In this document: in pieces, positions 1 to 11,398 of the stretch
Position numbering within the stretch: the stretch's first letter is position 1
Layout of the letters: every line of letters begins with the position of its first letter
DNA from: Pelagibacteraceae bacterium AG-422-B15
GTDB lineage: Bacteria > Pseudomonadota > Alphaproteobacteria > Pelagibacterales > AG-422-B15
NCBI GenBank assembly: GCA_905182345.1
Contig: CAJJBG010000013.1
Span: 14,656 to 78,655 of the forward strand
Direction: 5' to 3'
DNA: 64,000 bases
The notes under the pieces: model-generated
What the model was told of the DNA's origin: nothing
The model's database searches: none
The model's input: the letters and a program-made list of their open reading frames with translations, nothing else
Translations under genes and position numbers: made by a program

Positions 1-1057
1 TGTATTAAATTCAGTTAAAGATGAAAAAGAACGTATTGGTAGAATGTTATTAATGCATGCTAATAATAGAGAAGATATTAAAGTTGCTTACGCAGGAGAT
101 ATCGTAGCTGTAGCGGGTTTAAAAAATACTGTGACAGGTGAGACTCTTTCAGACCCGTTGAAGCCAATAATATTAGAATCCATGGATTTTCCTGAACCTG
201 TTATTGAAATTGCTGTTGAACCAAAAACTAAAGCTGACCAAGAAAAAATGGGTGAAGCATTAGCAAGACTTGCTAAAGAAGATCCTTCTTTCAGAGTTAC
301 ATCAGACATGGAATCTGGTCAAACAGTAATAAAAGGAATGGGTGAGCTACATTTAGATATTATTGTAGATAGAATGAAAAGAGAATTTAACGTAGAGGCC
401 AATGTTGGTGCTCCTCAAGTGGCTTACCGTGAAACTATTTCAAAAGAAGTTGAGGTTACTTATACGCACAAAAAACAAAGTGGAGGCGCAGGGCAGTTTG
501 CAGAAGTTAAGATAATTGTCTCAGGTGGAGAGCCAGGTAGCGGAAGAATTTTTGAAGATAAAATTAAGGGTGGAAATATTCCTAAAGAATATATTCCTGG
601 TGTTGAAAAGGGTATACTAGGCGTTGCAGATTCAGGTGTAATTGCTGGGTTCCCAATTATAGATTATAAAGTAACACTTGTTGATGGTAAATATCATGAT
701 GTTGATTCAAGTAGTTTAGCTTTTGAATTAGCTGGGCGAATGGGATTTAAGGAAGCATGTCAAAAAGCTAGTCCAAAACTTTTAGAGCCAGTAATGCGAG
801 TAGAAGTAGTTACGCCCGAAGATTATATGGGTGATGTAATTGGCGATTTAAGTAGTAGAAGAGGCCAGGTAAGTGGCAGCGAAACAAGAGGAAGCGATGC
901 AAGTATTACTGCAATGGTTCCTTTAGCTAATATGTTTGGTTACGTAAACACCCTAAGATCAATGACACAAGGAAGAGCACAGTATTCAATGTTCTTTGAT
1001 CACTATGAACAAGTTCCACAAACTGTACAGGATGAGGTTAAAGCTAAATTTGCTTAA
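1..1057 (+). CDS. fusA: Elongation factor G, 3' part (5' end outside window)
   Basis: Frame open from nt 2 ([21 protein letters not shown]); EF-G motifs [40 protein letters not shown]. Confidence 0.99.
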   Translation, partial: VLNSVKDEKERIGRMLLMHANNREDIKVAYAGDIVAVAGLKNTVTGETLSDPLKPIILESMDFPEPVIEIAVEPKTKADQEKMGEALARLAKEDPSFRVTSDMESGQTVIKGMGELHLDIIVDRMKREFNVEANVGAPQVAYRETISKEVEVTYTHKKQSGGAGQFAEVKIIVSGGEPGSGRIFEDKIKGGNIPKEYIPGVEKGILGVADSGVIAGFPIIDYKVTLVDGKYHDVDSSSLAFELAGRMGFKEACQKASPKLLEPVMRVEVVTPEDYMGDVIGDLSSRRGQVSGSETRGSDASITAMVPLANMFGYVNTLRSMTQGRAQYSMFFDHYEQVPQTVQDEVKAKFA

Positions 1058-1066
1058 TATATAACT

Positions 1067-1375
1067 ATGGATAATCAAAACATAAAAATAAGATTAAAAG
1101 CGTATGATCACAGTATTCTTGATCAATCTTCTATTGAGATTGTGAATACTGCAAAACGTACCGGTGCCTTTGTTAAAGGTCCAATTCCTCTTCCAACTAA
1201 TAATGAAAAATTTACAGTGTTAAGATCACCACATGTGAATAAGAAAAGTCGAGAACAATTTGAAATTAGAACTCATAAGAGACTAATTGAAATTGTTGAT
1301 CCAACCCCACAAACAGTTGATGCATTAATGAAGTTAGATTTAGCATCAGGTGTAGATGTAGAAATTAAGTTATAA
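1067..1375 (+). CDS. rpsJ: 30S ribosomal protein S10
   Basis: [37 protein letters not shown]. Confidence 0.99.
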   Translation: MDNQNIKIRLKAYDHSILDQSSIEIVNTAKRTGAFVKGPIPLPTNNEKFTVLRSPHVNKKSREQFEIRTHKRLIEIVDPTPQTVDALMKLDLASGVDVEIKL

Positions 1376-1377
1376 TT

Positions 1378-2067
1378 ATGAGAACAGGACTAATAGCAAA
1401 AAAAATTGGAATGAGTAATTATTATACTCCAAATGGTATTAATATACCTGTTACAGTTCTACATATTGAGACTTGTAAAGTAGTGGAAAGAAAATCAAAT
1501 GATGATTCTGATTTGGACAAAGTTCTTATTGGTGCCAGTGAAATTAAGAAACTTTCTAAATTACCAAAGTCAGTTAAAAGCTATTTTGAGAAAAAAAATA
1601 TTAATCCATTAAAAATTACTAAAGAGTTTGCAATTGATAAGTCTACTGAACTTAAAGAAGGCGATGAAATTAATGTAGACCATTTTGAGGAAGGTCAATT
1701 TATTGATGTCTCAGGATTTACAAAAGGTAAAGGGTTTGCAGGCGTGATGAAAAGACATAATTTTGGTGGTCTGCGTGCATCACACGGTGTGTCTGTATCA
1801 CATAGATCAGCAGGATCTACTGGCCAGTGTCAAGATCCAGGAAGAGTATTTAAAGGAAAGAAGATGGCAGGGCATATGGGAGATGATCATAAGACACTCC
1901 AAAACCTACAAGTAGTTAAAATTGATGCTAAGAAAAATATTTTATGTGTTAAAGGCGCAACCCCAGGAGCAAAGGGTGCGTGGTTAGTTTTAGAAGATTC
2001 TATAAAAAACAAAGCAAGAAAAGATGTTGATGTTAAACTTGAAGTCGATACAAAAAAAAAGAAATAA
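1378..2067 (+). CDS. rplC: 50S ribosomal protein L3
   Basis: KGKGFAGVMKRHNFGG, SHGVSVSHRSAGSTGQCQDPGRVFKGKKMAGHMG; S10 operon position. Confidence 0.98.
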   Translation: MRTGLIAKKIGMSNYYTPNGINIPVTVLHIETCKVVERKSNDDSDLDKVLIGASEIKKLSKLPKSVKSYFEKKNINPLKITKEFAIDKSTELKEGDEINVDHFEEGQFIDVSGFTKGKGFAGVMKRHNFGGLRASHGVSVSHRSAGSTGQCQDPGRVFKGKKMAGHMGDDHKTLQNLQVVKIDAKKNILCVKGATPGAKGAWLVLEDSIKNKARKDVDVKLEVDTKKKK

Positions 2068-2078
2068 AGAGATAAAAG

Positions 2079-2705
2079 ATGATTGTTGATGTACATAATT
2101 TAGACGGAAAAAAAATTGAAACTCTTGAGTTAAATGATGCCGTGTTTAATTTGGAGCCAAACTCTGAACTTATTAGTGCTGTTGTTCAATGGCGTGCATC
2201 GCAAAAGTATCCATTTAGAGCAAAAACATTAAATAGATCTGAAGTCAAAGGTACTACTCAAAGAGTTGGTAAGCAAAAAGGTGGCGGTACTGCTAGACAC
2301 GGTTCAAAAAAAGCAAATATTTTTCGAAGTGGTGGTATGGCCCATAGCCTGAAAGGTGATCGTTCTGTAAAAAGCTTATCTCGAAAAGCAAAAAAACTAG
2401 GCTTAAAACATGCACTTTCTTCTAAAATGAAAGACAATAATATAATTTTAATTGATGACCTTAAAGTAAAAGAAATAAAAACTAGCACACTTAAAAAACA
2501 TTTTGAAAAATTAAATATTAAATCTGCATTTATAATTGAAGGTAATGAGATCGATAATAATTTTGCTTTATCAAGTAGAAATCTTAAGACAGTAAAATAT
2601 ACAACCTCAGAGGGTGTAAATGTTTATGATATTATTAAGTATGAAAAATTAGTAATGAGTAAGGACGCTGTTATGAGTCTTGAAAAGAAAGCTTTATCTG
2701 AATGA
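2079..2705 (+). CDS. rplD: 50S ribosomal protein L4 (divergent loop)
   Basis: RSEV..QKG.G.ARHGS, HALSSK, GVNVYDI; between rplC and rplW. Confidence 0.96.
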   Translation: MIVDVHNLDGKKIETLELNDAVFNLEPNSELISAVVQWRASQKYPFRAKTLNRSEVKGTTQRVGKQKGGGTARHGSKKANIFRSGGMAHSLKGDRSVKSLSRKAKKLGLKHALSSKMKDNNIILIDDLKVKEIKTSTLKKHFEKLNIKSAFIIEGNEIDNNFALSSRNLKTVKYTTSEGVNVYDIIKYEKLVMSKDAVMSLEKKALSE

Positions 2706-2995
2706 GCTTAATTAAAAATTATAAAACTTTACTTCAGCCTGTAGTAACAGAGAAATCTTCAATGATTTCAGAGCACAATCAAGTTACTTTTAAGGTTGCT
2801 ATAGATTCTAATAAGAAGCAAATTAAAGAAGCTGTTGAAAATATTTTTAAAGTAAAAGTAAAAAGTGTTAATACGATAATTACCAAAGGAAAGCTTAAAG
2901 CTTTTCGTGGTGTAATTGGAAGAAGATCTAACTATAAAAAAGCAATAGTGACCTTACAAGAAGGTCAAAGTATTGATATGAGTGTGGGAGTTTAA
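2702..2995 (+). CDS. rplW: 50S ribosomal protein L23
   Basis: [31 protein letters not shown]; ATGA overlap with rplD. Confidence 0.98.
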   Translation: MSLIKNYKTLLQPVVTEKSSMISEHNQVTFKVAIDSNKKQIKEAVENIFKVKVKSVNTIITKGKLKAFRGVIGRRSNYKKAIVTLQEGQSIDMSVGV

Positions 2996-2997
2996 AA

Positions 2998-3843
2998 GTG
3001 GCTTTAATAAAATCAAAACCGAATACCCCAGGAACTAGACAGCTAGTACTTGTTGACAGAAAAGGGTTATGGAAAGGAAAGTCCTTAAAGAAATTAACAG
3101 TTGGACTTTCTAAACCAGGCGGTAGAAATAATAAAGGCCGAATTACAATGAGACACAAAGGTGGTGGTCATAAAAATAAATATAGACTAGTGGATTTTAA
3201 GAGATCAAAATTTGACATGAGTGCTGTTGTCGAAAGAATTGAATATGATCCAAACCGAACTGCTTACATTGCACTTATTAAATATGATGATGGCGAACAA
3301 GCTTATATTCTGGCTCCCAAAGATGTTAAAGCTGGAGATAAGTTGATATCAGGTGAAAATGTTGAAATTAAAGCTGGAAACTCTATGTTGATCAAACACA
3401 TACCGGTTGGAATTGATGTTCATAATTTAGAACTAAATCCTGGTGCAGGCGGAATAATGGCAAGATCAGCAGGGGCCTCTCTACAAGTGGTTGGAAAATC
3501 TGATGGCTATGTAAGTGTTAAACTGCCATCAGGAGAGTTAAGAAAAATTTTAGAAGATTGTCGGGCTACTGTCGGCATATTATCAAATATTGACAAAAAG
3601 AATCAAAAATTAGGAAAAGCTGGAAGAAACAGGTGGCTTGGAATACGTCCATCTGTACGTGGTGTGGCAATGAATCCAGTTGACCACCCACATGGTGGTG
3701 GTGAAGGTAAGACATCAGGCGGAAGACATCCAGTAACGCCTTGGGGTAAACCAACCAAAGGTAAGAAAACTAGAAGCAATAAACGTACAGATAAGTACAT
3801 AATTAAAAGAAAAACAGATAAAAAAGCAAGGATAGAGGTCTAA
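2998..3843 (+). CDS. rplB: 50S ribosomal protein L2 (GTG start)
   Basis: [36 protein letters not shown]. Confidence 0.99.
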   Translation: MALIKSKPNTPGTRQLVLVDRKGLWKGKSLKKLTVGLSKPGGRNNKGRITMRHKGGGHKNKYRLVDFKRSKFDMSAVVERIEYDPNRTAYIALIKYDDGEQAYILAPKDVKAGDKLISGENVEIKAGNSMLIKHIPVGIDVHNLELNPGAGGIMARSAGASLQVVGKSDGYVSVKLPSGELRKILEDCRATVGILSNIDKKNQKLGKAGRNRWLGIRPSVRGVAMNPVDHPHGGGEGKTSGGRHPVTPWGKPTKGKKTRSNKRTDKYIIKRKTDKKARIEV

Positions 3844-3847
3844 GATT

Positions 3848-4123
3848 ATGGCTAGATCAGTTTGGAAGGGGCCTTTTATAGATGGCCATTTATTAAAAAA
3901 AGTTCAGAAAGCCTCTGGATCTTCACGTAATGAAATAATTAAAACGTGGTCGCGTAGATCTACGATTCTTCCAGAATTTATTGGATTAAGCTTTGCTGTG
4001 CATAATGGTAAAAAATTTATCCCTGTTAATGTAAGTGAAGATATGGTTGGACATAAACTAGGTGAATTCTCTCCAACAAGAACATTTAATGGTCATACTG
4101 CGGATAAAAAAACTAAAAAATAG
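3848..4123 (+). CDS. rpsS: 30S ribosomal protein S19
   Basis: [33 protein letters not shown]. Confidence 0.99.
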   Translation: MARSVWKGPFIDGHLLKKVQKASGSSRNEIIKTWSRRSTILPEFIGLSFAVHNGKKFIPVNVSEDMVGHKLGEFSPTRTFNGHTADKKTKK

Positions 4124-4125
4124 CT

Positions 4126-4506
4126 ATGAAAAACTTAATTAGAAAAGATAACGAGGCAATTGCAATTGGAAAAAACGTAAGAGTTAGTCCACGTAAAGCA
4201 AGTATTGTTCTTGATACAATCAGAGGAAAAAGAGCTTCAGATGCCTTGAATATTCTTAAGTTTTCAAAAAGAGGTATTGCGGTAGATATCAGGAAAATCT
4301 TAAATAGTGCTGTTGCAAATGCAGAAAATAACCATCAATTAGATATAGATATTTTAAAGGTTTCAGAAGCGTACTGTGGCAAAGGAATGGTTATGAAAAG
4401 ATGGAGAGCTCGCGCTAAAGGTCGTCCAGGAAAAATAAACAAGTTTCTAAGTAACATTACCATTAAAGTCGCTGAAACGCAGAATGATAAAGAGGAAAGT
4501 AAATAA
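4126..4506 (+). CDS. rplV: 50S ribosomal protein L22
   Basis: [20 protein letters not shown] hairpin. Confidence 0.98.
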   Translation: MKNLIRKDNEAIAIGKNVRVSPRKASIVLDTIRGKRASDALNILKFSKRGIAVDIRKILNSAVANAENNHQLDIDILKVSEAYCGKGMVMKRWRARAKGRPGKINKFLSNITIKVAETQNDKEESK

Positions 4507-4511
4507 TTATT

Positions 4512-5177
4512 ATGGGTCAAAAAGTAAATCCAATTGGTCTTAGACTTAGCTTAAATAAAAAATGGCAATCTAGATGGTTTGCCAGTAAAAAAGATTTTGG
4601 CAAATACTTGCAAGAAGATATTAAGATAAGAACTTTCTTGTTAACAAGTCTAAAAAAATGTGGTGTAGCAAAAATTGAAATTGAACGTCCGGCAAAAAAA
4701 GCACAAATAACAATTTTTACTGCAAGACCAGGTCTTATTATTGGTAAAAAAGGTAGTGATATTGAAAGATTGAAAAAAAAGATTACTGCTTTTACAGGTC
4801 AAGATGTTTCTATCAATCTAGTTGAGATTAGAAAGCCAGAAGTTGAGGCACAACTTATCGCTGACAACATTGCGGAGCAATTAGAGCGAAGAGTTTCATT
4901 TAGAAGGGCAATGAAAAGGTCAGTTCAATCTGCTATGAGACTTGGTGCTGAAGGAATAAGAGTTAATTGTGGTGGCAGATTAGGCGGAACAGAAATTGCC
5001 AGAACTGAATGGTATCGTGAAGGCCGAGTTCCGTTACATACATTTAGAGCAAATGTTGATTATGCCGAATCTACAGCTGCTACAACATATGGCGCGTGTG
5101 GTATAAAAGTTTGGATTTATAAAGGCGATATCGATGAAAATGTACCTCATGAAAAATCACCGAACAGCTTAGGGTAA
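4512..5177 (+). CDS. rpsC: 30S ribosomal protein S3
   Basis: [40 protein letters not shown]. Confidence 0.99.
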   Translation: MGQKVNPIGLRLSLNKKWQSRWFASKKDFGKYLQEDIKIRTFLLTSLKKCGVAKIEIERPAKKAQITIFTARPGLIIGKKGSDIERLKKKITAFTGQDVSINLVEIRKPEVEAQLIADNIAEQLERRVSFRRAMKRSVQSAMRLGAEGIRVNCGGRLGGTEIARTEWYREGRVPLHTFRANVDYAESTAATTYGACGIKVWIYKGDIDENVPHEKSPNSLG

Positions 5178-5180
5178 TCA

Positions 5181-5594
5181 ATGTTACAGCCAAAAAAAAC
5201 AAAATTTAGAAAAGCACACAAGGGAAGAGTTAAGGGAGTAGCTACATCTGCTACAACTTTAAATTTTGGCACTTTTGGACTGAAATCTTTGCAAGCAGAA
5301 CGAATTACAGCTAGACAAATTGAAGCTGCACGTGTGGCAATGACTAGATATATGAAAAGAGCAGGGCGTGTTTGGGTTAGAATATTCCCTGATATACCTG
5401 TATCTAAAAAACCTACAGAAGTAAGAATGGGAAAAGGTAAGGGATCACCAGAATTTTGGGTAGTTAGAGTTAAGCCTGGAAAGATTATGTTTGAAGTTGA
5501 TGGAGTATCACATGAAGTAGCAAAAGCTGCATTTAGCCGTGCTGCCGCAAAATTACCAGTCAAAACAAAAGTAGTTGAACAATTAATTAAATAA
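5181..5594 (+). CDS. rplP: 50S ribosomal protein L16
   Basis: [24 protein letters not shown]. Confidence 0.99.
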   Translation: MLQPKKTKFRKAHKGRVKGVATSATTLNFGTFGLKSLQAERITARQIEAARVAMTRYMKRAGRVWVRIFPDIPVSKKPTEVRMGKGKGSPEFWVVRVKPGKIMFEVDGVSHEVAKAAFSRAAAKLPVKTKVVEQLIK

Positions 5595-5599
5595 ATATT

Positions 5600-5794
5600 A
5601 TGAAAACTGAAGAAATAAGAAAAAAAACTGTAGATCAAATTTCGAGTGAAATGGAAAATCTTTATAAGGAAACTTTAAACTTAAGATTTCAAAAATCTTC
5701 AGGGCAACTAGAAAACACTTCAAGAATTAATAAAGTGCGTAAATTGATTGCTAAAATGAAAACAGTATTAAATGAAAGGTCTGAAGGTAAATAA
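5600..5794 (+). CDS. rpmC: 50S ribosomal protein L29
   Basis: [30 protein letters not shown]. Confidence 0.97.
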   Translation: MKTEEIRKKTVDQISSEMENLYKETLNLRFQKSSGQLENTSRINKVRKLIAKMKTVLNERSEGK

Positions 5795-5795
5795 T

Positions 5796-6023
5796 ATGCC
5801 AAAAAAAGTTCTTCAAGGCACAGTTGTAAGCAGTAAACAGGATAAGACAGTAACAGTTCTTGTTGAAAGAAAGTTTAAACATCCTCTCTTAGGTAAAGTT
5901 ATTAAGAGATCAAAAAAATATAGCGCTCATGATGAAAATAATGAGTTCGCAACAGGTGATAAAATAAAAATTATGGAATCAAGACCAATTTCAAAAATGA
6001 AACGATGGACGGTAATTAAATAA
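5796..6023 (+). CDS. rpsQ: 30S ribosomal protein S17 (start moved from 5772 to ATG 5796)
   Basis: [16 protein letters not shown]; [11 protein letters not shown]; the 5772 start would lie inside rpmC. Confidence 0.97.
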   Translation: MPKKVLQGTVVSSKQDKTVTVLVERKFKHPLLGKVIKRSKKYSAHDENNEFATGDKIKIMESRPISKMKRWTVIK

Positions 6024-6391
6024 TGATACAGCCAGAATCAAGATTAAGTGTAGCAGATAATTCAGGTGCCAAAGAGGTACTTTGTATTAAAGTGCTTGGT
6101 GGATCGAAAAGAAGGTATGCATCGGTAGGAGATATTATCGTTGTAACTGTTAAAGAAGCAATACCAAGGGGAAAAGTAAAAAAAGGTACGGTTCATAAAG
6201 CAGTTATTGTAAGAACAAGAAAAGAATTACTTAGATCAGATGGAAGCACTATTAAGTTTGACTCTAATGCTGCAGTTTTGATTAATGCTCAAGGTGAACC
6301 TGTTGGTACACGTATTTTTGGACCAGTTTGTAGAGAGTTAAGAGCTAAGAAGCAAATGAAGATTATTTCATTAGCACCGGAGGTTTTGTAA
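6023..6391 (+). CDS. rplN: 50S ribosomal protein L14
   Basis: [24 protein letters not shown]. Confidence 0.99.
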   Translation: MIQPESRLSVADNSGAKEVLCIKVLGGSKRRYASVGDIIVVTVKEAIPRGKVKKGTVHKAVIVRTRKELLRSDGSTIKFDSNAAVLINAQGEPVGTRIFGPVCRELRAKKQMKIISLAPEVL

Positions 6392-6702
6392 TGGTAGCTA
6401 GAATAAAAAAAGGTGATACAGTTTTTGTGAATTGTGGAAAAGACATTGGAAAAACTGGTGAGGTTTTAAAAATGCTTGGTACGTCAGCAGTAGTAAAAGG
6501 TATCAATGTTGCAAAGAAACATAAAAAACAAGATCAAAAAAATGAAGGTGGTATTATCAATAAAGAAATGCCAATTAAATTAGATAATTTAATGTTAATT
6601 GATAAAAAAAGCAATAAGCCAACTAGAGTAAGAACTAAGATTCTTAATGATAAGAAAAAAGTGCGTATCTCTGTTTTGTCAGGAGATCAAATTGATGCCT
6701 AA
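6391..6702 (+). CDS. rplX: 50S ribosomal protein L24
   Basis: [18 protein letters not shown] motif, [10 protein letters not shown]. Confidence 0.97.
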   Translation: MVARIKKGDTVFVNCGKDIGKTGEVLKMLGTSAVVKGINVAKKHKKQDQKNEGGIINKEMPIKLDNLMLIDKKSNKPTRVRTKILNDKKKVRISVLSGDQIDA

Positions 6703-7264
6703 TATGAGTACCCCAAGATTAAAGGAAATGTATATTTCTAAAATTGTACCTGAGCTTAAGGATAAACTTAGTTTAAAAAATAACCTTCAAGTTCCCCGTC
6801 TTACAAAAGTTGTATTAAATATGGGCTTAGGAGAAGCTGCTCAAGATTCAAAAGTAATTCAGGCCGCAAGAGACGACTTGTCTGTTATATCTGGACAAAT
6901 GCCAATTACTACAACGGCAAAAAAATCAATTGCTACATATAAAACAAGAACTGGCATGCCATTGGGTGTAAAAGTTACTTTGCGCGGCAATACTATGTAT
7001 GAGTTTATAGACAGGTTAATTACAATATCACTGCCTAGAATTCGTGATTTCAGAGGGCTAAAGAAAAATAGCTTTGATGGCCAAGGAAATTATGCACTAG
7101 GAATTCAAGAGTGCACAATATTTCCAGAAATTAATGTTGATAGATTAGATAAGATCAGAGGCTTGGATATCGTGATTTGTACAAGTGCTACTACTGATGC
7201 AGCAGCATTAAGCTTACTTCAGTCTCTTAACTTTCCAATCAAGGAACCAAACCAACTAGGATAA
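6695..7264 (+). CDS. rplE: 50S ribosomal protein L5 (start probably ATG 6695, alternative 6704)
   Basis: VPRLTKVVLNMGLGEA, FDGQGNYALGI; AGGAG at 6681-6685 is 9 nt before ATG 6695. Confidence 0.97.
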   Translation: MPNMSTPRLKEMYISKIVPELKDKLSLKNNLQVPRLTKVVLNMGLGEAAQDSKVIQAARDDLSVISGQMPITTTAKKSIATYKTRTGMPLGVKVTLRGNTMYEFIDRLITISLPRIRDFRGLKKNSFDGQGNYALGIQECTIFPEINVDRLDKIRGLDIVICTSATTDAAALSLLQSLNFPIKEPNQLG

Positions 7265-7269
7265 TTATT

Positions 7270-7575
7270 ATGGCTAAACAGAGTATGATAGAAAAAAACA
7301 AGACTAGAATTAGATTATCAGATCTAGATTTAGTTAAAAGAAAAGCTCTAAAAGATATTATTATGAGTAAAAAGACACCGATTGATGAAAGATTTCAGGC
7401 TCAATTAAAATTAGCAAAAATGAGAAGAAATGGTGCGCAGACTAGAGTTAGAAATAGATGTACGTTAACTGGAAGACCTCGCGGTTATCATAACAGAGTT
7501 AAAATGTCGAGAATTGCATTAAGGGAACTAGCTTCATCAGGCCAAATTCCCGGCATGACAAAGTCAAGTTGGTAG
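7270..7575 (+). CDS. rpsN: 30S ribosomal protein S14 (Zn-free long form)
   Basis: RVRNRCTLTGRPRG, SRIALRELA..GQIPGMTKSSW. Confidence 0.98.
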   Translation: MAKQSMIEKNKTRIRLSDLDLVKRKALKDIIMSKKTPIDERFQAQLKLAKMRRNGAQTRVRNRCTLTGRPRGYHNRVKMSRIALRELASSGQIPGMTKSSW

Positions 7576-7588
7576 AAAGGAATATTAT

Positions 7589-7987
7589 ATGTCATTATCA
7601 GATCCATTAGCAGACTTATTCACTAGAATAAGAAATGCTCAAATGAGAAACAAAAAAGTAGTTACCTCTCCAGCTTCGAAGCTTAGAGCTGGAATATTAG
7701 AAGTATTAGCTAAAGAAGGCTATATTAGAGGCTATGCAATGACACAGCATACTTCAGGGAGAAATGAATTAGATATAGAGTTAAAATATGATGGCAATGG
7801 TCCCGTTATCACTAGTATAACTCGAATATCCAAGCCAGGAAGAAGAGTTTATTCGGGTGCAACAAGCATACCTTCCGTTCATAACGGATTGGGTATATCA
7901 ATTGTATCTACTTCTCGTGGAGTAATGTCAGACACAGAAGCACGCGACCAAAAACTTGGTGGCGAAATTATTTGTAAGGTTTTTTAA
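7589..7987 (+). CDS. rpsH: 30S ribosomal protein S8
   Basis: DPLADLFTRIRNA, RISKPGRRVY, STSRGVM. Confidence 0.99.
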   Translation: MSLSDPLADLFTRIRNAQMRNKKVVTSPASKLRAGILEVLAKEGYIRGYAMTQHTSGRNELDIELKYDGNGPVITSITRISKPGRRVYSGATSIPSVHNGLGISIVSTSRGVMSDTEARDQKLGGEIICKVF

Positions 7988-7998
7988 GGAATATAATT

Positions 7999-8532
7999 AT
8001 GTCAAGAGTAGGATCAAAAATAATAACTGTACCAGATAATGTTAAGATTTTTATAGAAAATGGTATGGTGCATGCTGAGGGACCAAAAGGAAAGTTATCA
8101 ACTAAGATTAATGACGGCATCGATGTAAATATTACTGACAAAGAAGTAACGTGCTTGCCAAGAAAAAAAGATCGTCAATCTTTAGCGTTTTGGGGTCTGC
8201 AAAGAAACTTAGTTAATAATATTGTTATTGGTGTAGGCGAAGGATTCACAAAAAAGCTTGAAATGAATGGTGTTGGATATAGAGCTGCAGTTCAGGGCAC
8301 TACCTTAGAATTATTGTTAGGGTTTAGTCATCCAATTAAATATCCAATTCCACAAAACCTAGAAATTAAAGTAGATAAGCAAAATAATATTGAAATATTT
8401 GGTGCCGATAAACAGCTAGTTGGCCAAGTTGCAGCTGAAATAAGAAGTTTTAGAGGCCCAGAACCCTATAAGGGAAAAGGTATTAAATATTCTGGTGAAT
8501 TTATTGTAAGAAAAGAAGGTAAGAAAAAATAA
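7999..8532 (+). CDS. rplF: 50S ribosomal protein L6
   Basis: MSRVG, GVGYRA, PEPYKGKGIKY. Confidence 0.99.
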   Translation: MSRVGSKIITVPDNVKIFIENGMVHAEGPKGKLSTKINDGIDVNITDKEVTCLPRKKDRQSLAFWGLQRNLVNNIVIGVGEGFTKKLEMNGVGYRAAVQGTTLELLLGFSHPIKYPIPQNLEIKVDKQNNIEIFGADKQLVGQVAAEIRSFRGPEPYKGKGIKYSGEFIVRKEGKKK

Positions 8533-8879
8533 TGTCAATTTCAATTAAACAAAAAAGAGCAAGTAAAGTTAGATATACTTTAAAAAAGAGAAATAAAGAT
8601 CGTTTAAGAATGTCTATCTTTAAGTCTGCTAAAAATCTTTATGTGCAAGTTATTGATGATGTCGCAAGCAAAACAATTTGTAGCGCATCTTCACTAGCTT
8701 CGAGTAAAAAGAAAAATGGTTGTAACGTTGAATCAGCTAAATCTTTGGGGTCAACAATCGCAAAGTTAGCCAAAGAAAAAGGTATTGATAAAGTTTACTT
8801 GGATAGAGGTCCAAATATATATCATGGAATAATTAAAACATTAGCAGATGAAGCAAGATCCGCAGGATTAACAATTTAA
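8532..8879 (+). CDS. rplR: 50S ribosomal protein L18
   Basis: [27 protein letters not shown]; between rplF and rpsE. Confidence 0.95.
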   Translation: MSISIKQKRASKVRYTLKKRNKDRLRMSIFKSAKNLYVQVIDDVASKTICSASSLASSKKKNGCNVESAKSLGSTIAKLAKEKGIDKVYLDRGPNIYHGIIKTLADEARSAGLTI

Positions 8880-8888
8880 GGAATAAAT

Positions 8889-9410
8889 ATGGCATACTCA
8901 CGAGATAATAAAGCCCCAAAAGATGACATAAAAGACAAATTAGTTGCAATTAATAGGGTAACTAAGGTTGTTAAAGGCGGTAGAAGATTTGGATTTGCTG
9001 CCCTAGTAGTAGCAGGAGATGAGTCTGGACGCGTTGGTTTTGGCAAGGGTAAGGCTAAAGAAGTTCCCGAGGCAATAAAAAAAGCCAATGATGCTGCGAG
9101 AAAAAGTATGTTTAAAATACCTTTAAAAGAAGGCAGAACCCTACATCATGATATAGTTGGAAATCATGGTGCAAGCAAAGTCGTTATGCGTTCAGCACCT
9201 ACTGGAACTGGAATAATTGCAGGCGGTTCTGTTCGTGCTGTTTTTGAATTATTGGGTATTAAAGATATTGTATGTAAATCTATTGGAAGTGCTAATCCGT
9301 ACAATATTATTAGAGCGGCAGTAAATGGACTGAAACAACAAAAGTCACCAAAAATGGTTGCTGCTCGAAGAAGTAAAAAAGTTACTGAAATTAATTCTGT
9401 TAGAGATTAA
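8889..9410 (+). CDS. rpsE: 30S ribosomal protein S5
   Basis: [30 protein letters not shown]. Confidence 0.99.
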   Translation: MAYSRDNKAPKDDIKDKLVAINRVTKVVKGGRRFGFAALVVAGDESGRVGFGKGKAKEVPEAIKKANDAARKSMFKIPLKEGRTLHHDIVGNHGASKVVMRSAPTGTGIIAGGSVRAVFELLGIKDIVCKSIGSANPYNIIRAAVNGLKQQKSPKMVAARRSKKVTEINSVRD

Positions 9411-9413
9411 AAA

Positions 9414-9596
9414 ATGAGTCAAAAAATTAAAATCACGCTTATAAAAAGTTCAATTGGTTCTGTTAAGAAAATTATTGGCACAATAAAAGGACTGGGCTTA
9501 AAGAAGATGCGAAGCACATCTGTTCTTGTTGAATCTCCAGAGGTTCTTGGAATGATTAAAAAAGTAAAACATTTGGTTAAAACTGAGAAAGTTTAA
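9414..9596 (+). CDS. rpmD: 50S ribosomal protein L30
   Basis: IKITLIKSSIG, GLGL, GMIKKVKHLV. Confidence 0.96.
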   Translation: MSQKIKITLIKSSIGSVKKIIGTIKGLGLKKMRSTSVLVESPEVLGMIKKVKHLVKTEKV

Positions 9597-9600
9597 TATT

Positions 9601-10059
9601 ATGAAGTTAAATGAATTAAAAAAACCTAAAGGACATACCTTTACCTCTAAGCGTGTTGGTAGAGGAATTGGATCAGGAAAAGGAAAGACTTCAGGTAGTG
9701 GCCACAAAGGACAAAAAGCAAGATCTGGCGTAGCAATTAATGGTTTTGAAGGTGGTCAAATGCCTTTATTCAGAAGACTACCTAAATTTGGATTTACCAA
9801 TATTGGTCGCACTGAGTATGTTGAAATGAATTTGGAAGATATTCAAAAAATCATTGTAAAAAATAAGATTACTGAAGATCAGGTTATTAATATTGATCTT
9901 TTAAAAAAGTTATCAATTATTAAAAAGAAAAACACATTAAAGCTTAAGATTCTAGGACGGGGTGAGATGTCATCTAAAAACTCTATTGAGTGTCACAAAA
10001 TATCTAAGTCCGCACAGGAAAAGACCAAAAAAACTGGTAATAACGTTACCATAAGTTAA
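9601..10059 (+). CDS. rplO: 50S ribosomal protein L15
   Basis: RVGRGIGSGKGKT, GFEGGQMPLFRRLPKFGF. Confidence 0.98.
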   Translation: MKLNELKKPKGHTFTSKRVGRGIGSGKGKTSGSGHKGQKARSGVAINGFEGGQMPLFRRLPKFGFTNIGRTEYVEMNLEDIQKIIVKNKITEDQVINIDLLKKLSIIKKKNTLKLKILGRGEMSSKNSIECHKISKSAQEKTKKTGNNVTIS

Positions 10060-10066
10060 AAATATT

Positions 10067-11398
10067 ATGGCTTCTGCAGCAGAACAATTAGCTTCAAATT
10101 TTAATTTTGGAATGTTCCGAAAGGCAACTGAACTAAAGAATCGTATTTGGTTTACTCTTGGTGTTTTAATTATTTATAGATTTGGAACTTATATTCCATT
10201 GCCTGGTATTGATATAGATCAACTAGCTCTTTTAGTTGATTCAAATCAAAGTGGAATACTAGGAATGTTTGATGTGTTTGCTGGTGGTGCAATTAGTCGT
10301 ATGGCTATTTTTGCTCTTGGCATTATGCCTTATATTTCAGCATCAATTATTATCCAATTAATGACTAGTGTTTCTCCAGCCTTAGCTAACTTAAAAAAAG
10401 AAGGTGAACCTGGAAGAAAAAAAATAACTCAATATACGAGATATGGAACTGTGATATTAGCTTTATTACAAGGTTACGGCATATCTGTCGGACTGGAGTC
10501 TGCTGGTCAAATAGTTACAGATCCAGGATTATTTTTTAGAGTTTCAACAACCATTACATTAGTAGGTGGAACAGTATTTCTTATGTGGCTGGGTGAGCAA
10601 ATTACAAGTAGAGGTATTGGAAATGGAATTTCATTAATTATATTTTCAGGTATTGTTGCAGAGATACCCAGCGCCTTAATTAACACATTAACCTTGGGAA
10701 GACAGGGAACAATTTCAACGCTTACTTTATTGTTTTTATTTGCCTTAGTTATTGCTGTAGTTATTTTTATAATCTTTATGGAAAGAGCACAAAGAAGACT
10801 TCTTGTGCAATATCCAAAAAGACAAATGGGAAACAAGATGATGGGTGGAGATACATCACATTTACCACTTAAATTAAATACAGCGGGTGTAATTCCAGCA
10901 ATTTTTGCATCTTCAATTTTATTACTACCTATAACCATAGCAAACTTTAATCTTTCATCAGAACAATCATGGTTAACTGATATATCTGCTTTACTTGGTA
11001 GGGGGCAGCCGCTTTATATGGCACTTTATGCTTCAGCAATAATATTTTTTGCTTTCTTTTATACCTCTATTGTTTTTAATCCGGTTGAAACTGCTGATAA
11101 TTTAAAAAAGAATGGTGGATTTATTCCTGGTATCAGACCTGGTGAAAAAACTGCTCAATATATAGATTTTGTCCTATCAAGAATTACAGCTATTGGAGCT
11201 TCATATTTAGCATTTGTCTGTATTCTTCCAGAAATATTAATTTCTCAATATTCAATACCTTTTTACTTAGGTGGAACATCGCTTTTAATAGTAGTTGTAG
11301 TTGGAATGGATACTGTTGGACAAATTCAAAGCCATTTGTTTGCATATCAGTATGAAGGCTTAATCAAAAAATCAAGAATTAGAGGCAGAAGAAAATGA
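10067..11398 (+). CDS. secY: Preprotein translocase subunit SecY
   Basis: GIMPYISASII, GIGNGISLII, GFIPGIRPG, GGTSLLIVV; alphaproteobacterial N-terminus MASAAEQLA. Confidence 0.99.
   Translation: MASAAEQLASNFNFGMFRKATELKNRIWFTLGVLIIYRFGTYIPLPGIDIDQLALLVDSNQSGILGMFDVFAGGAISRMAIFALGIMPYISASIIIQLMTSVSPALANLKKEGEPGRKKITQYTRYGTVILALLQGYGISVGLESAGQIVTDPGLFFRVSTTITLVGGTVFLMWLGEQITSRGIGNGISLIIFSGIVAEIPSALINTLTLGRQGTISTLTLLFLFALVIAVVIFIIFMERAQRRLLVQYPKRQMGNKMMGGDTSHLPLKLNTAGVIPAIFASSILLLPITIANFNLSSEQSWLTDISALLGRGQPLYMALYASAIIFFAFFYTSIVFNPVETADNLKKNGGFIPGIRPGEKTAQYIDFVLSRITAIGASYLAFVCILPEILISQYSIPFYLGGTSLLIVVVVGMDTVGQIQSHLFAYQYEGLIKKSRIRGRRK

Noticed and set aside
4396-4455. L22 beta-hairpin divergence paired with the L4 change
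   Set aside because: This hairpin varies widely among alphaproteobacterial L22 proteins; I cannot support it as exceptional
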